IMG/VR virus record: IMGVR_UViG_3300029258_000472
Location: 1-38,445 of that record
Strand: one strand, 5' to 3'
From: a virus
Lineage: Duplodnaviria > Caudoviricetes
DNA: 38,445 bases
Part shown: positions 8,722 through 16,346 of the stretch, one piece after another
Position numbering within the stretch: the first letter of the stretch is position 1
Layout: the number at the start of each line of letters is the position of its first letter
Notes under the pieces: generated by a model
The model's database searches: none
What the model saw: the letters and a program-made list of their open reading frames with translations, nothing else
What the model was told of the DNA's origin: nothing
Program-made: the position numbers and the translations under genes

Positions 8722-10457
8722 CGGTGTACGGGGTAGACGTTGAAGTTTACCCCAACTGGTGTTTGGTCCTGGCCGGTGACGGTCAGGACTGGCAGCAGTG
8801 GGAACTGGGGCTGGATCGCACGTTGGATCGTGACGATTTGGCCGCATTCATGGCCCGACAACGCACCGTCGGGTTCAATTCACTGGCGTATGACTTGCCG
8901 ATCATCTGCGAGCTGTTGGAGCCATCCAGCACGCCGAAAAGCATCTACCGGCTATCGTGCGAGCTGATAGAAACCGGCAAGCGGACAGCAAAGCCTAAAG
9001 ACTGGCGGCACGCTGATCTGAGCGAGGTCGCTCCAGGTGTTCGCATTAGCTTGAAGATGTACGGGGCGCGGATGCACATGCCACGTTTGCAGGACTTGCC
9101 GCTCGATCCTCACATCCCGATCACCGACGACCAGCGCACGCTGCTGACCGATTATTGCCGAAACGACGTAGACACCACGCTCGCGCTTGCCCGCAGGCTC
9201 GAAAAGCAACTTGCCTTGCGGGCATCAATGGGCCGGCAGTATGGCCTGTCGCTGATCTCAAAATCAGATGCCCAGATCGCCGAGGCCGTGCTGATTGCGG
9301 AGATCGGACACGTTGAACGACCGCAGCACATCCGCGAATGCCAATACCGCCCGCCGCCTTGGTTGACCTATGAGACACCCGAACTCAGAGAACTGATGGC
9401 GGATGTCTTGCGCTCGACGTTTCGCATTGACGGAAACGGCAAGATGCAACTACCTGACGCTCTCAAGCGCACGCTGACCATTGGTAGCGGTGAGTATCGT
9501 TTGGGTATCGGTGGCATTCACAGCAGCGAACAGCGTCGCACGCTGCGCTCTAGCGCGGATCGCTTGCTGATAGACATCGACGTTGCGAGTTATTACCCGT
9601 CGATCATCTTGGAACAAGAACTGTATCCGCCGCAGTGCGGACGCAAGTTCCTTGATGTGTATCGCTCTATTGTTGAACGCCGGCTGGAGGCCAAGCGTAC
9701 TGGCGACAAGGTGACGGCGGACAGTCTGAAAATCTGCGTCAATGGATCATTCGGCAAGCTCGGCAGCAAGTACAGCAAGCTCTATGCCCCGGACCTGTTC
9801 AAGCAAGTCACCGTGACCGGACAGCTTGCATTGCTGATGCTGATCGAATCGCTGGAACAGGCCGGCATCGCCGTTGTAAGCGCCAATACGGACGGTGTGG
9901 TAACACATCCATACCGACACCAGCTCGACGATCTGCGCGGCGTGGTGGCGATATGGGAAGCCCTGACAGGCTACAGCATGGAGGAAACCGAATACGCCGC
10001 ATTGTATAGCCGCGACGTGAACAATTACATCGCGGTGAAGATTGACGGCACCGTGAAGACCAAAGGTGCCTATGCCACGGACGGGCTGATGGTCACACCG
10101 AGAGCATCAATTTTGGTGCGAGCCGTGGTCGAGCACTTGCGCGATGGCGTGCCGCTGAGCGACATCATTGGGCGAGGTGATGTCCGCGGGTATCTGATAG
10201 CACGCACCGTCAAAGGCGGTGGCGTGTGGCGCGGTGAGCACCTCGGTAAAGTCGTCCGCTGGTACTGGGGCATGGACGGCGAGCCGATCACCTACGCCAG
10301 CAACGGCAACCGCGTGGCCGGCAGCGAGGGTGCCGTGCCCATGATGACGCTGAGCGATGAACTGCCGGGCGATCTGGACGTGGGGCGCTATCTAGATGAG
10401 GCGCAGTCAATCCTGCAAGACATCGGCGCATGGCAGCCGCAAGGGTCGCTGCTATGA
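8718..10457 (+). CDS. Family B DNA polymerase with 3'-5' exonuclease domain
   Basis: Exonuclease motifs 'DVEVY', 'GFNSLAYD', 'YCRND'. Polymerase motifs 'DIDVASYYPSI', 'KICVNGSFGK', 'SANTDG'. Confidence 0.92.
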   Translation: MTVYGVDVEVYPNWCLVLAGDGQDWQQWELGLDRTLDRDDLAAFMARQRTVGFNSLAYDLPIICELLEPSSTPKSIYRLSCELIETGKRTAKPKDWRHADLSEVAPGVRISLKMYGARMHMPRLQDLPLDPHIPITDDQRTLLTDYCRNDVDTTLALARRLEKQLALRASMGRQYGLSLISKSDAQIAEAVLIAEIGHVERPQHIRECQYRPPPWLTYETPELRELMADVLRSTFRIDGNGKMQLPDALKRTLTIGSGEYRLGIGGIHSSEQRRTLRSSADRLLIDIDVASYYPSIILEQELYPPQCGRKFLDVYRSIVERRLEAKRTGDKVTADSLKICVNGSFGKLGSKYSKLYAPDLFKQVTVTGQLALLMLIESLEQAGIAVVSANTDGVVTHPYRHQLDDLRGVVAIWEALTGYSMEETEYAALYSRDVNNYIAVKIDGTVKTKGAYATDGLMVTPRASILVRAVVEHLRDGVPLSDIIGRGDVRGYLIARTVKGGGVWRGEHLGKVVRWYWGMDGEPITYASNGNRVAGSEGAVPMMTLSDELPGDLDVGRYLDEAQSILQDIGAWQPQGSLL

Positions 10458-11746
10458 CCTTGTACACCCATCAACAGCGCGCCCTCGCCCACACCGAACA
10501 ACACGCCCGCTGCGCCCTGTGGATGGGTTGCGGCACCGGGAAAACGCTAGTTGCAATCGAAGCGATCCGGCGTGAATACCTACCAACGCTCATCATTGGC
10601 CCAAAGCGCGTCATCGACCACACATGGCCCGGCGAGCTTGCGCGATGGTGGCCTGAATGCCGATGGGTCAGCCTCGCCACCACACCTGCCAAACGCCAGG
10701 ACCGTTACGCGCTGGACGCTGATGTGTGGCTGGTCAACTTCGAGCTGATACCCAAGCTGATTGAGGAAACAGATTGGCGCTGGCCGATGGTCGTCATCGA
10801 CGAATCCAGCCGCGTGAAGTCCCGCGCCAGCAAACTATTCAAAGCACTGCGCAAGGTCCATCCGCATTGGCTGCGTCTCATTGAACTGACCGGCACGCCG
10901 GCGCCAAACGGGCTTATGGACCTATGGAGCCAGCTCTATCTGATCGACGGCGGGCAGCGACTCGGCAAGACCATCACCGCGTACCGCGAGCGATGGTTTA
11001 AGCCGGACTTCATGGGCTGGAACTGGACACCGCTGAGCAACGCGCAACGCGAAATTGAGGACCGATGCGCCGACGTGGCGCTGTCAATGCACACCGAGGA
11101 CTACATCGACCTGCCGGCACTGACGGTGCTGGATGTCCCGGTTGATCTGCCACCCAAAGCCCGCGCCGCATATCGTGACATGCAAGCGGAACTAATCGCA
11201 GAGATTGACGATGACTCCATCACCGCCGCCTCCGCAGCCGTCGCTGCCAACAAGCTGATTCAGATCACCAGCGGTGCCAGTTACAGCGAGGGCGGGCAGG
11301 TGCAGTTGCACACTGCCAAACTCGACGCACTCGCCGAGGTCATCGACGGCGGGGAGCCAGTGCTGATCGTCTATCAGTTCCGCCACGAGCTTGCGGCCAT
11401 GCGGGCACGCTGGCCTGAGCTGGTCGAGCTGCGCGACGCACCGGACGCCGTCGAACGATGGAACGCTGGCGCTCTGCCGCTGATGGCGATACACCCCGCG
11501 AGTGCAGGACATGGCCTGAACTTGCAGGGCGGTGGGCGCGTAATGGTATGGACCTCGCCGACCTACAACTTAGAGCACTACGAGCAAACCTGCGCCAGAT
11601 TGTACCGCAATGGTCAGACACGGCCCGTGGTCATCTATCGACTGCTGGCCGCAGACACCATCGACCAGCGAGTCATTGACGTGCTCGGGCGCAAAGCCGG
11701 CGTGCAAAACGCATTGCTAGCAGCACTCAAAAAAACACCCGCCTGA
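10454..11746 (+). CDS. SNF2-like DEXD helicase
   Basis: 'MGCGTGKT', 'VIDESS', 'LTGTPAPN', 'GHGLNLQ' and 'RLYRNGQ'. ATGA overlap with the polymerase stop. Confidence 0.9.
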   Translation: MTLYTHQQRALAHTEQHARCALWMGCGTGKTLVAIEAIRREYLPTLIIGPKRVIDHTWPGELARWWPECRWVSLATTPAKRQDRYALDADVWLVNFELIPKLIEETDWRWPMVVIDESSRVKSRASKLFKALRKVHPHWLRLIELTGTPAPNGLMDLWSQLYLIDGGQRLGKTITAYRERWFKPDFMGWNWTPLSNAQREIEDRCADVALSMHTEDYIDLPALTVLDVPVDLPPKARAAYRDMQAELIAEIDDDSITAASAAVAANKLIQITSGASYSEGGQVQLHTAKLDALAEVIDGGEPVLIVYQFRHELAAMRARWPELVELRDAPDAVERWNAGALPLMAIHPASAGHGLNLQGGGRVMVWTSPTYNLEHYEQTCARLYRNGQTRPVVIYRLLAADTIDQRVIDVLGRKAGVQNALLAALKKTPA

Positions 11747-11821
11747 GCGCATGGGGAATGCGCATCGAAGGCGAGCGTAAAGGGGCATCCGTTCCCAGGT
11801 GGAGTACACGAAGTGCTCAGC

Positions 11822-12007
11822 CTACCAGATGTCAGGACGAATGGCATGGAGTGACAGTCCGGGCACCGCTTCCGCCAGCTTGCGGGCAGTCTGCACGCTT
11901 GGTTGCCTGCGCCCTTTGCGCCAATGATCCACAGCAGCAATGGATACACCAGCAAGTTCAGCAACTTGCCGCAACGTGTGAGCATAAAGAAAATCTTTGA
12001 AGGTCAT
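11822..12007 (-). CDS. Cro/YdaS-like HTH regulator
   Basis: 'LRQVAELAGVSIAAVDHWRKGRRQPS...LHAIRPDIW'. Start taken at ATG 12007. Confidence 0.85.
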   Translation of the reverse strand: MTFKDFLYAHTLRQVAELAGVSIAAVDHWRKGRRQPSVQTARKLAEAVPGLSLHAIRPDIW

Positions 12008-12017
12008 AAGTATTTTT

Positions 12018-12066
12018 TGTGTTGTACATGAAGTGTAGTAATGTCTACAATCAGTGTACACCAACA
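12018..12066. promoter_or_regulatory. Divergent promoters within an imperfect palindrome (operator)
   Basis: Plus strand TTGTAC(12022)-N18-TACAAT. Minus strand TTGTAG-N18-TACAAC. Dyad TGTACA..TGTAG-N6-CTACA..TGTACA. Confidence 0.6.
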
Positions 12067-12085
12067 ACAGAACGGAGAAACGGAG

Positions 12086-12223
12086 ATGCACGACTACGCA
12101 ACCAAACCCTACACCCGCCAGCATCGCATCATTTGGCGGCGCATATTGCGGGCGCTGCGCGGCATGATGGTCCGCGACCGCTTTGACCGCACCATGCCGG
12201 AGAACTGGACATGGCCCCGGTAA
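12086..12223 (+). CDS. Small basic hypothetical protein (45 aa)
   Basis: GGAG upstream of ATG 12086. First ORF after the promoter. Confidence 0.55.
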   Translation: MHDYATKPYTRQHRIIWRRILRALRGMMVRDRFDRTMPENWTWPR

Positions 12224-12384
12224 GCGATCTGATCCGCATTAACGAAACGATCCGGGCCTGGAACCTGGATCGCCTCAACCCTTGGTCGGATCAGTACACG
12301 ACCGACCGTGAAACACAAGCCAACGCGCTGATGATGGCGCGGTTGGCGGAAAAACGACTGGTGGAACTTCGGAGACAACTGTAA
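12211..12384 (+). CDS. Small hypothetical protein, 57 aa (not in ORF track)
   Basis: MAPVSDLIRINETIRAWNLDRLNPWSDQYTTDRETQANALMMARLAEKRLVELRRQL. GGAG RBS, and TAATG coupling to the RAMP-like gene. Confidence 0.7.
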   Translation: MAPVSDLIRINETIRAWNLDRLNPWSDQYTTDRETQANALMMARLAEKRLVELRRQL

Positions 12385-12968
12385 TGCAATCAATTACCTG
12401 CACGTTCTCGGGTATCAGCCCGATTCTGCTCAACAATCCGCAAACGGTTGATCCTTTCAACCGTTACGCCAAGGCGATGAAAACCATCACCGCTAAGCGC
12501 AAAAAGTCGGATGATGACTTGCTGGAACTGCGCCGCCTAGAAGTCGAGGCCAAGTGTTATTTTGATGAGCGCATCGGTATCTATGTTCCGTCAACGTGGG
12601 TTGTTGCCGCCATCGGCAGCGTATCCTGGACCAAGGGCAAGGTGAAGAGGGCGGATATCCGGTCGTCGGTGTTTCCGACTGCGGCTAAGTTGCCGCTGCA
12701 CTTTGCCGGACGGGAAAAGATCAAGGCGCTGTCAGATGTCAGCGGCAACCCGGAATTTCAGCGCGTGTTGCTGCTGAAACAGGGTCAAGTCAAAGTCGCC
12801 AAAGCCGCGCCGATCTTCCATGACTGGCAGTTCTCGGTTGAACTGGAATTTGACCACACCGTTCTGAACGAGCGGGAACTGACCAGTCTCATCGAGCACG
12901 CCAGCCGTTACGGCGGATTCGGTGATTTCAGACCCACCTACGGTGCCTGCGAGGTGTCGTTCGGGTAG
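12384..12968 (+). CDS. Stand-alone RAMP/Cas7-like RNA-binding protein
   Basis: N-terminal strand 'ITCTFSGISPILLN', 'IYVPSTWV', 'PIFHDWQFSVELEFD', and a C-terminal Gly-rich loop 'YGGFGDFRPTYGACEV'. This is the RAMP/RRM motif order. No cas genes or CRISPR array nearby. Confidence 0.75.
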   Translation: MQSITCTFSGISPILLNNPQTVDPFNRYAKAMKTITAKRKKSDDDLLELRRLEVEAKCYFDERIGIYVPSTWVVAAIGSVSWTKGKVKRADIRSSVFPTAAKLPLHFAGREKIKALSDVSGNPEFQRVLLLKQGQVKVAKAAPIFHDWQFSVELEFDHTVLNERELTSLIEHASRYGGFGDFRPTYGACEVSFG

Positions 12969-12969
12969 C

Positions 12970-13502
12970 GCAAGGCATAGCCATACAACGCACGGCAGGA
13001 CATAGCAGCGCACAGCATTGCAGTGTATGGCAGCGCAACGTAAGGCAGTGCAACGAATTGCATCGCAAGGCATGGCAATGCATCGCAATGCGCCGGAAAC
13101 GGCCGGTAGCGCCTTGGCAACAGGGCGCTATCGGGCGACCTTCGGGGAGTTAAGCGCATTGCACCACATCGCACAGCAAGGCACGGCAAGGCAGTGCAGC
13201 GTAGCGCATCGCGCCGCATCGCACCGTACTGCAAAGCAGAGCAGTTCTCGGCAGATCACTGCAATGCAGGGCACAGCAGTGTAAGGCAACGCGCCGGAAA
13301 CGGCCTCAAACATCTTGCTTGCAGGGTGTTTGGGGGCGACCTTCGGGGAGTCAATGGCAATGCAAGGTATAGCAAGGCACAGCAAGGCTGCGCAGCGCAC
13401 GGCAGCGCAGTGCAAAGCAGTGCAGGGCACCGCAAGGCATTGCAGCGCAAAGCACCGCCGCCAGTCCTGGCCATCAGCACATTGGCGACAGTGTGTTGGT
13501 GG
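12970..13502 (+). ncRNA. Putative guide-RNA array: three GCA-NN pentamer tracts with structured linkers
   Basis: Tracts at 12970-13089 (24 units), 13156-13290 (27) and 13357-13456 (20). 56 of 71 units start with exact GCA. Linkers at 13090-13150 and 13291-13351; terminal hairpin at 13471-13502. Confidence 0.8.
13090..13351 (+). repeat. Two 61-nt linker repeats, GCGCCGGAAACGGCC-[28-nt hairpin]-GGGCGACCTTCGGGGAGT
   Basis: Identical 15-nt and 18-nt flanks starting at 13090/13291 and 13133/13334 (201-nt spacing). Confidence 0.92.
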
Positions 13503-13537
13503 GCATCGATTGGATGTCAATTAGAGGTTTTCGACCA

Positions 13538-14005
13538 ATGCGAGAACACATGAAAGATGGGTTTTACGAACTGCAACAGGCCGGGCTTACCGAGTACGGC
13601 GCAGAGATTCACCGTGGCGCGTTCCTGAGCATGTTCGGTATTGAGCGGGTCACGGACAATGATCTGGCGATGATGCAGCCAAAAGAGATCCGCCAAGCAT
13701 TGCAGGGCGAAGCCCTCGCCGAGCTGGCAGCGGCAGGCTATGTGCGAGATCAACTGCTGAAAGAGGGCAAGTATTTTGCCAGAACGCAGGACGTGTACCG
13801 TGTGGCGCTGCCCAGCGAGAACGCGGAGCACGCTGGCCGATACTTGGCGCAGGCGAACCGGAAGCAGCGCAAAGCACGGCTTTTGCTGGACTCGACGCCC
13901 AAGCAGGCCGAGCAAGTGACTGATAACACCGCCCGGCGGCTCGCCCGGCATCGGATGCAGCACGACCGGATGGCAGAACGGATTGGAGTACAGGCAGCAC
14001 AATGA
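13538..14005 (+). CDS. Hypothetical protein, candidate accessory factor of the RAMP/array locus
   Basis: ORF starts just after the array's terminal hairpin (ATG 13538 or 13550) and is ATGA-coupled to the next gene. Confidence 0.7.
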   Translation: MREHMKDGFYELQQAGLTEYGAEIHRGAFLSMFGIERVTDNDLAMMQPKEIRQALQGEALAELAAAGYVRDQLLKEGKYFARTQDVYRVALPSENAEHAGRYLAQANRKQRKARLLLDSTPKQAEQVTDNTARRLARHRMQHDRMAERIGVQAAQ

Positions 14006-14259
14006 ACCCAACAGAAATAGCCCACGACCTAGCAGAAAAAATCCGCCGCGACCGCAGATCCCGCAGTGCTCGCGTGTTGTGGTCAAAGCGCCTCAAGCGG
14101 TTTACGGTTCAGCGCCCAAACACAATAGAAGCCGACCGAGCGGACTTGGAGCCATGGCGAATGGTCGGCGTGTACAACCGCACCAGCAAAACGCTGGTGT
14201 GTGACATCGCCGAAGATGTCGAACACTTTATGAAAAACACACTGAGGACAACCGGATGA
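14002..14259 (+). CDS. Hypothetical basic protein
   Basis: ATGA overlaps at both ends. Confidence 0.7.
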   Translation: MNPTEIAHDLAEKIRRDRRSRSARVLWSKRLKRFTVQRPNTIEADRADLEPWRMVGVYNRTSKTLVCDIAEDVEHFMKNTLRTTG

Positions 14260-15344
14260 TTACACTATCTCGTTCTGACTTACTGGCACCGCTTCGTTCG
14301 GTCGCCAGCGTGGTTGATCGGCGCGGCGCTATGCCTGTGCTTTCGACTGTTTTGATTCAAGTTACTGACGGCAAGCTCGCCCTTCGCGGGACTGACCTGG
14401 AAGTCGAAGTGACCGCCAGCCTGCCGCTCGACTTCGTTGGCGATTGGTCCACCTGCATCCCGGCGCGAAAGTTCCTGGACATCGTGAAGGCTGCACCGGA
14501 TGACGCGCAGATCGTCATCAAGCCGGACACTGACCGAGTGCAGGTCAAGATCGGGCGCGGTCGGTATGGTATGTCTGTGCTGGACTCCGACACCTTCCCG
14601 GCCATAGACACCGGAGATGCGCCGTATCAAGTCGCAGTGGCCGCCGACATACTGCAAGCCGTCATCGGTCACACGGCATACGCGATGGCGCAGAATGACG
14701 CACGGTACTATCTGAACGGTTTGCTGCTACAGCTCGATGGTCAAGCACTGCGAGCAGTAGGCACTGATGGAGGCCGTTTGGCGGTTTCTGAGCGTGACAT
14801 GAAGTCGGACCACACCATGAGCGCCATCATCCCACGCAAAGCCGTCACGGAGCTTGCAAAGATGCTGAGTGCCTATGACGGCGAGGTGCAAGTCCGGTGG
14901 TCAGATAATTTTGTCGAGTTCGTCATGGATCGCGTGTCGTTTCTGACCAAGGTCATTGAGGGTCGTTTCCCCGACTGGCAGCGGGTGATGCCAGATGCGC
15001 CGCACGAATGTCGCGCAAGTCGCCTGGAATTGAAGGGCGCACTCAGTCGCACGTCGATCTTGTCAAACGAAAAGTACAAGGGACTGAAAATCAACTTGAG
15101 CCGGGACCACATGGCACTGAGCGCCAGCAACCCGGATCAGGACATGGCAGAAGAATCAGTGGACGTGGCGTATACCGGCAATGATCTGGAACTCGGTATC
15201 AACGTCGCTTTCCTGCTCGACGCCGTGAACGCTATAGAATCGGAAGACATTCAAATCGGACTGACCGACGAAAACAGTGCGGTGTTGATCGTCGATCCCG
15301 ACTCGCAAGATGATCGGCACATCGTCATGCCGATGCGGGTATAG
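14256..15344 (+). CDS. dnaN: DNA polymerase III beta sliding clamp
   Basis: 362 aa with 'GTDLEVE', 'PARKFLDIVK', 'RYYLNG', 'VGTDGGRLA', 'IIPRKAV', 'IEGRFPDW' and C-terminal 'VMPMRV'. Confidence 0.96.
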   Translation: MITLSRSDLLAPLRSVASVVDRRGAMPVLSTVLIQVTDGKLALRGTDLEVEVTASLPLDFVGDWSTCIPARKFLDIVKAAPDDAQIVIKPDTDRVQVKIGRGRYGMSVLDSDTFPAIDTGDAPYQVAVAADILQAVIGHTAYAMAQNDARYYLNGLLLQLDGQALRAVGTDGGRLAVSERDMKSDHTMSAIIPRKAVTELAKMLSAYDGEVQVRWSDNFVEFVMDRVSFLTKVIEGRFPDWQRVMPDAPHECRASRLELKGALSRTSILSNEKYKGLKINLSRDHMALSASNPDQDMAEESVDVAYTGNDLELGINVAFLLDAVNAIESEDIQIGLTDENSAVLIVDPDSQDDRHIVMPMRV

Positions 15345-15348
15345 ACAC

Positions 15349-15540
15349 ATGGAATGCCGGCATGTCCGCAGCGTGGTGGTGGATAGCCGCACCCACAACG
15401 GGCACCGCTGGCGCAAACGCCGCTGCCACGATTGCAAGCAGGATTTCTACACGCTTGAAGTTCCGATCAGCGTACATCCCGGAGAGACTTGGGATGAGCG
15501 CATTAGGAGAACACATGATTACAGCAAAGATCATTGCTGA
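15349..15540 (+). CDS. NrdR N-terminal-like Zn-ribbon protein
   Basis: 'C.H..S.VVDSR....WRKRRCHDCKQDFYTLE'. No ATP-cone domain. Confidence 0.7.
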   Translation: MECRHVRSVVVDSRTHNGHRWRKRRCHDCKQDFYTLEVPISVHPGETWDERIRRTHDYSKDHC

Positions 15541-16346
15541 CAGCATCAGCCCATCCGGTGTCAGGCTGACCACGCTACAGCTCCGATACCCGAGATTCAT
15601 TCATTCGGAGTTCATGACCCATCGACAGTTCAGCCGGAATGCTTCAAGTTCCCGAGCGATCCCGGTGTCGAAGATGATTGAGCAAGTGCGAACCGAACCC
15701 GCCGAGCCGATCCATTGGGGCCGTAACCAGCCAGGGATGCAAGCAGATGAAGAGACTCACCATATTGGCATAGCGCAAAACTGCTGGAAATTGGCTGCTA
15801 ATGACGCTGCGCATTACGCCGAGATCCTTGCCGAAAATGCGCGAGTGCATAAGCAGGTGGCAAATAGGATTCTGGAGCCGTTCACCTTTATTTCAGTCGT
15901 GGTCACCGCTACCGATTGCCCTTCGGCTACACCCCGATGCACAGCCTGAAATTCAGGAACTGGCTCGATGCATGAAGGCTGCGATGGATGCCAGCGAGCC
16001 GAAGTTCTGCGACCCTGGAGACTGGCACCTTCCGTACATTACTGGCCCATATCCCGATGATGTAGAGCAGGCCAAACTGATCTCCGCCGCCCGCTGCGCC
16101 AGGGTGTCATACCTGAATCATGACCAATCCGAGCCAGACACCACAAAAGATCTGGCATTGGCCGAAAGGCTGGCTGAGTCGGGTCACTGGTCGCCTTTTG
16201 AGCATCAGGCGGCACCTTTGTCCTACCATCGCTGGCTTGGTGGCTCATGGGAAACAGGCGTCACTCATGTAGACCGAGATAGGAATCTATGGTCCGGCAA
16301 CCTTCGCGGCTGGGTCCAGCACCGATGCCTAAAAGCAGCAGAATAG
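15515..16346 (+). pseudogene. thyX: ThyX-like FAD-dependent thymidylate synthase, frameshifted at ~15917
   Basis: One frame gives 'YPRFIHSEFMTHRQFSRNASSSRAIP...HKQVANRILEPF...VVTATD'. The family sequence continues in the +1 frame as 'ALRLHPDAQPEIQELA...SAARCARVSY...HWSPFEH'. Confidence 0.8.

Noticed and set aside
11747-11821. Possible structured RNA between convergent genes (GGGAATG/CGTTCCC, GAGTAC/GTGCTC)
   Set aside because: Stems are short, with no tRNA or ribozyme signature recognised. Compatible with chance or weak terminators.
12970-13502. Canonical CRISPR array or simple microsatellite
   Set aside because: There is no 25-45-nt repeat/spacer pattern and no cas1/cas2. Adjacent pentamers almost never share NN, unlike slippage-generated satellites.
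12732-13553. Several Cys/Ala- or Gln/Arg-rich ORFs on both strands over the pentamer array
   Set aside because: They are by-products of a stop-poor 5-nt repeat. The period is not a multiple of 3, there is no RBS, and the RNA hairpins explain the conservation better.
15900-15930. Programmed frameshift or intron in thyX
   Set aside because: No slippery heptamer and no inserted sequence. Conserved residues appear to be missing rather than interrupted.
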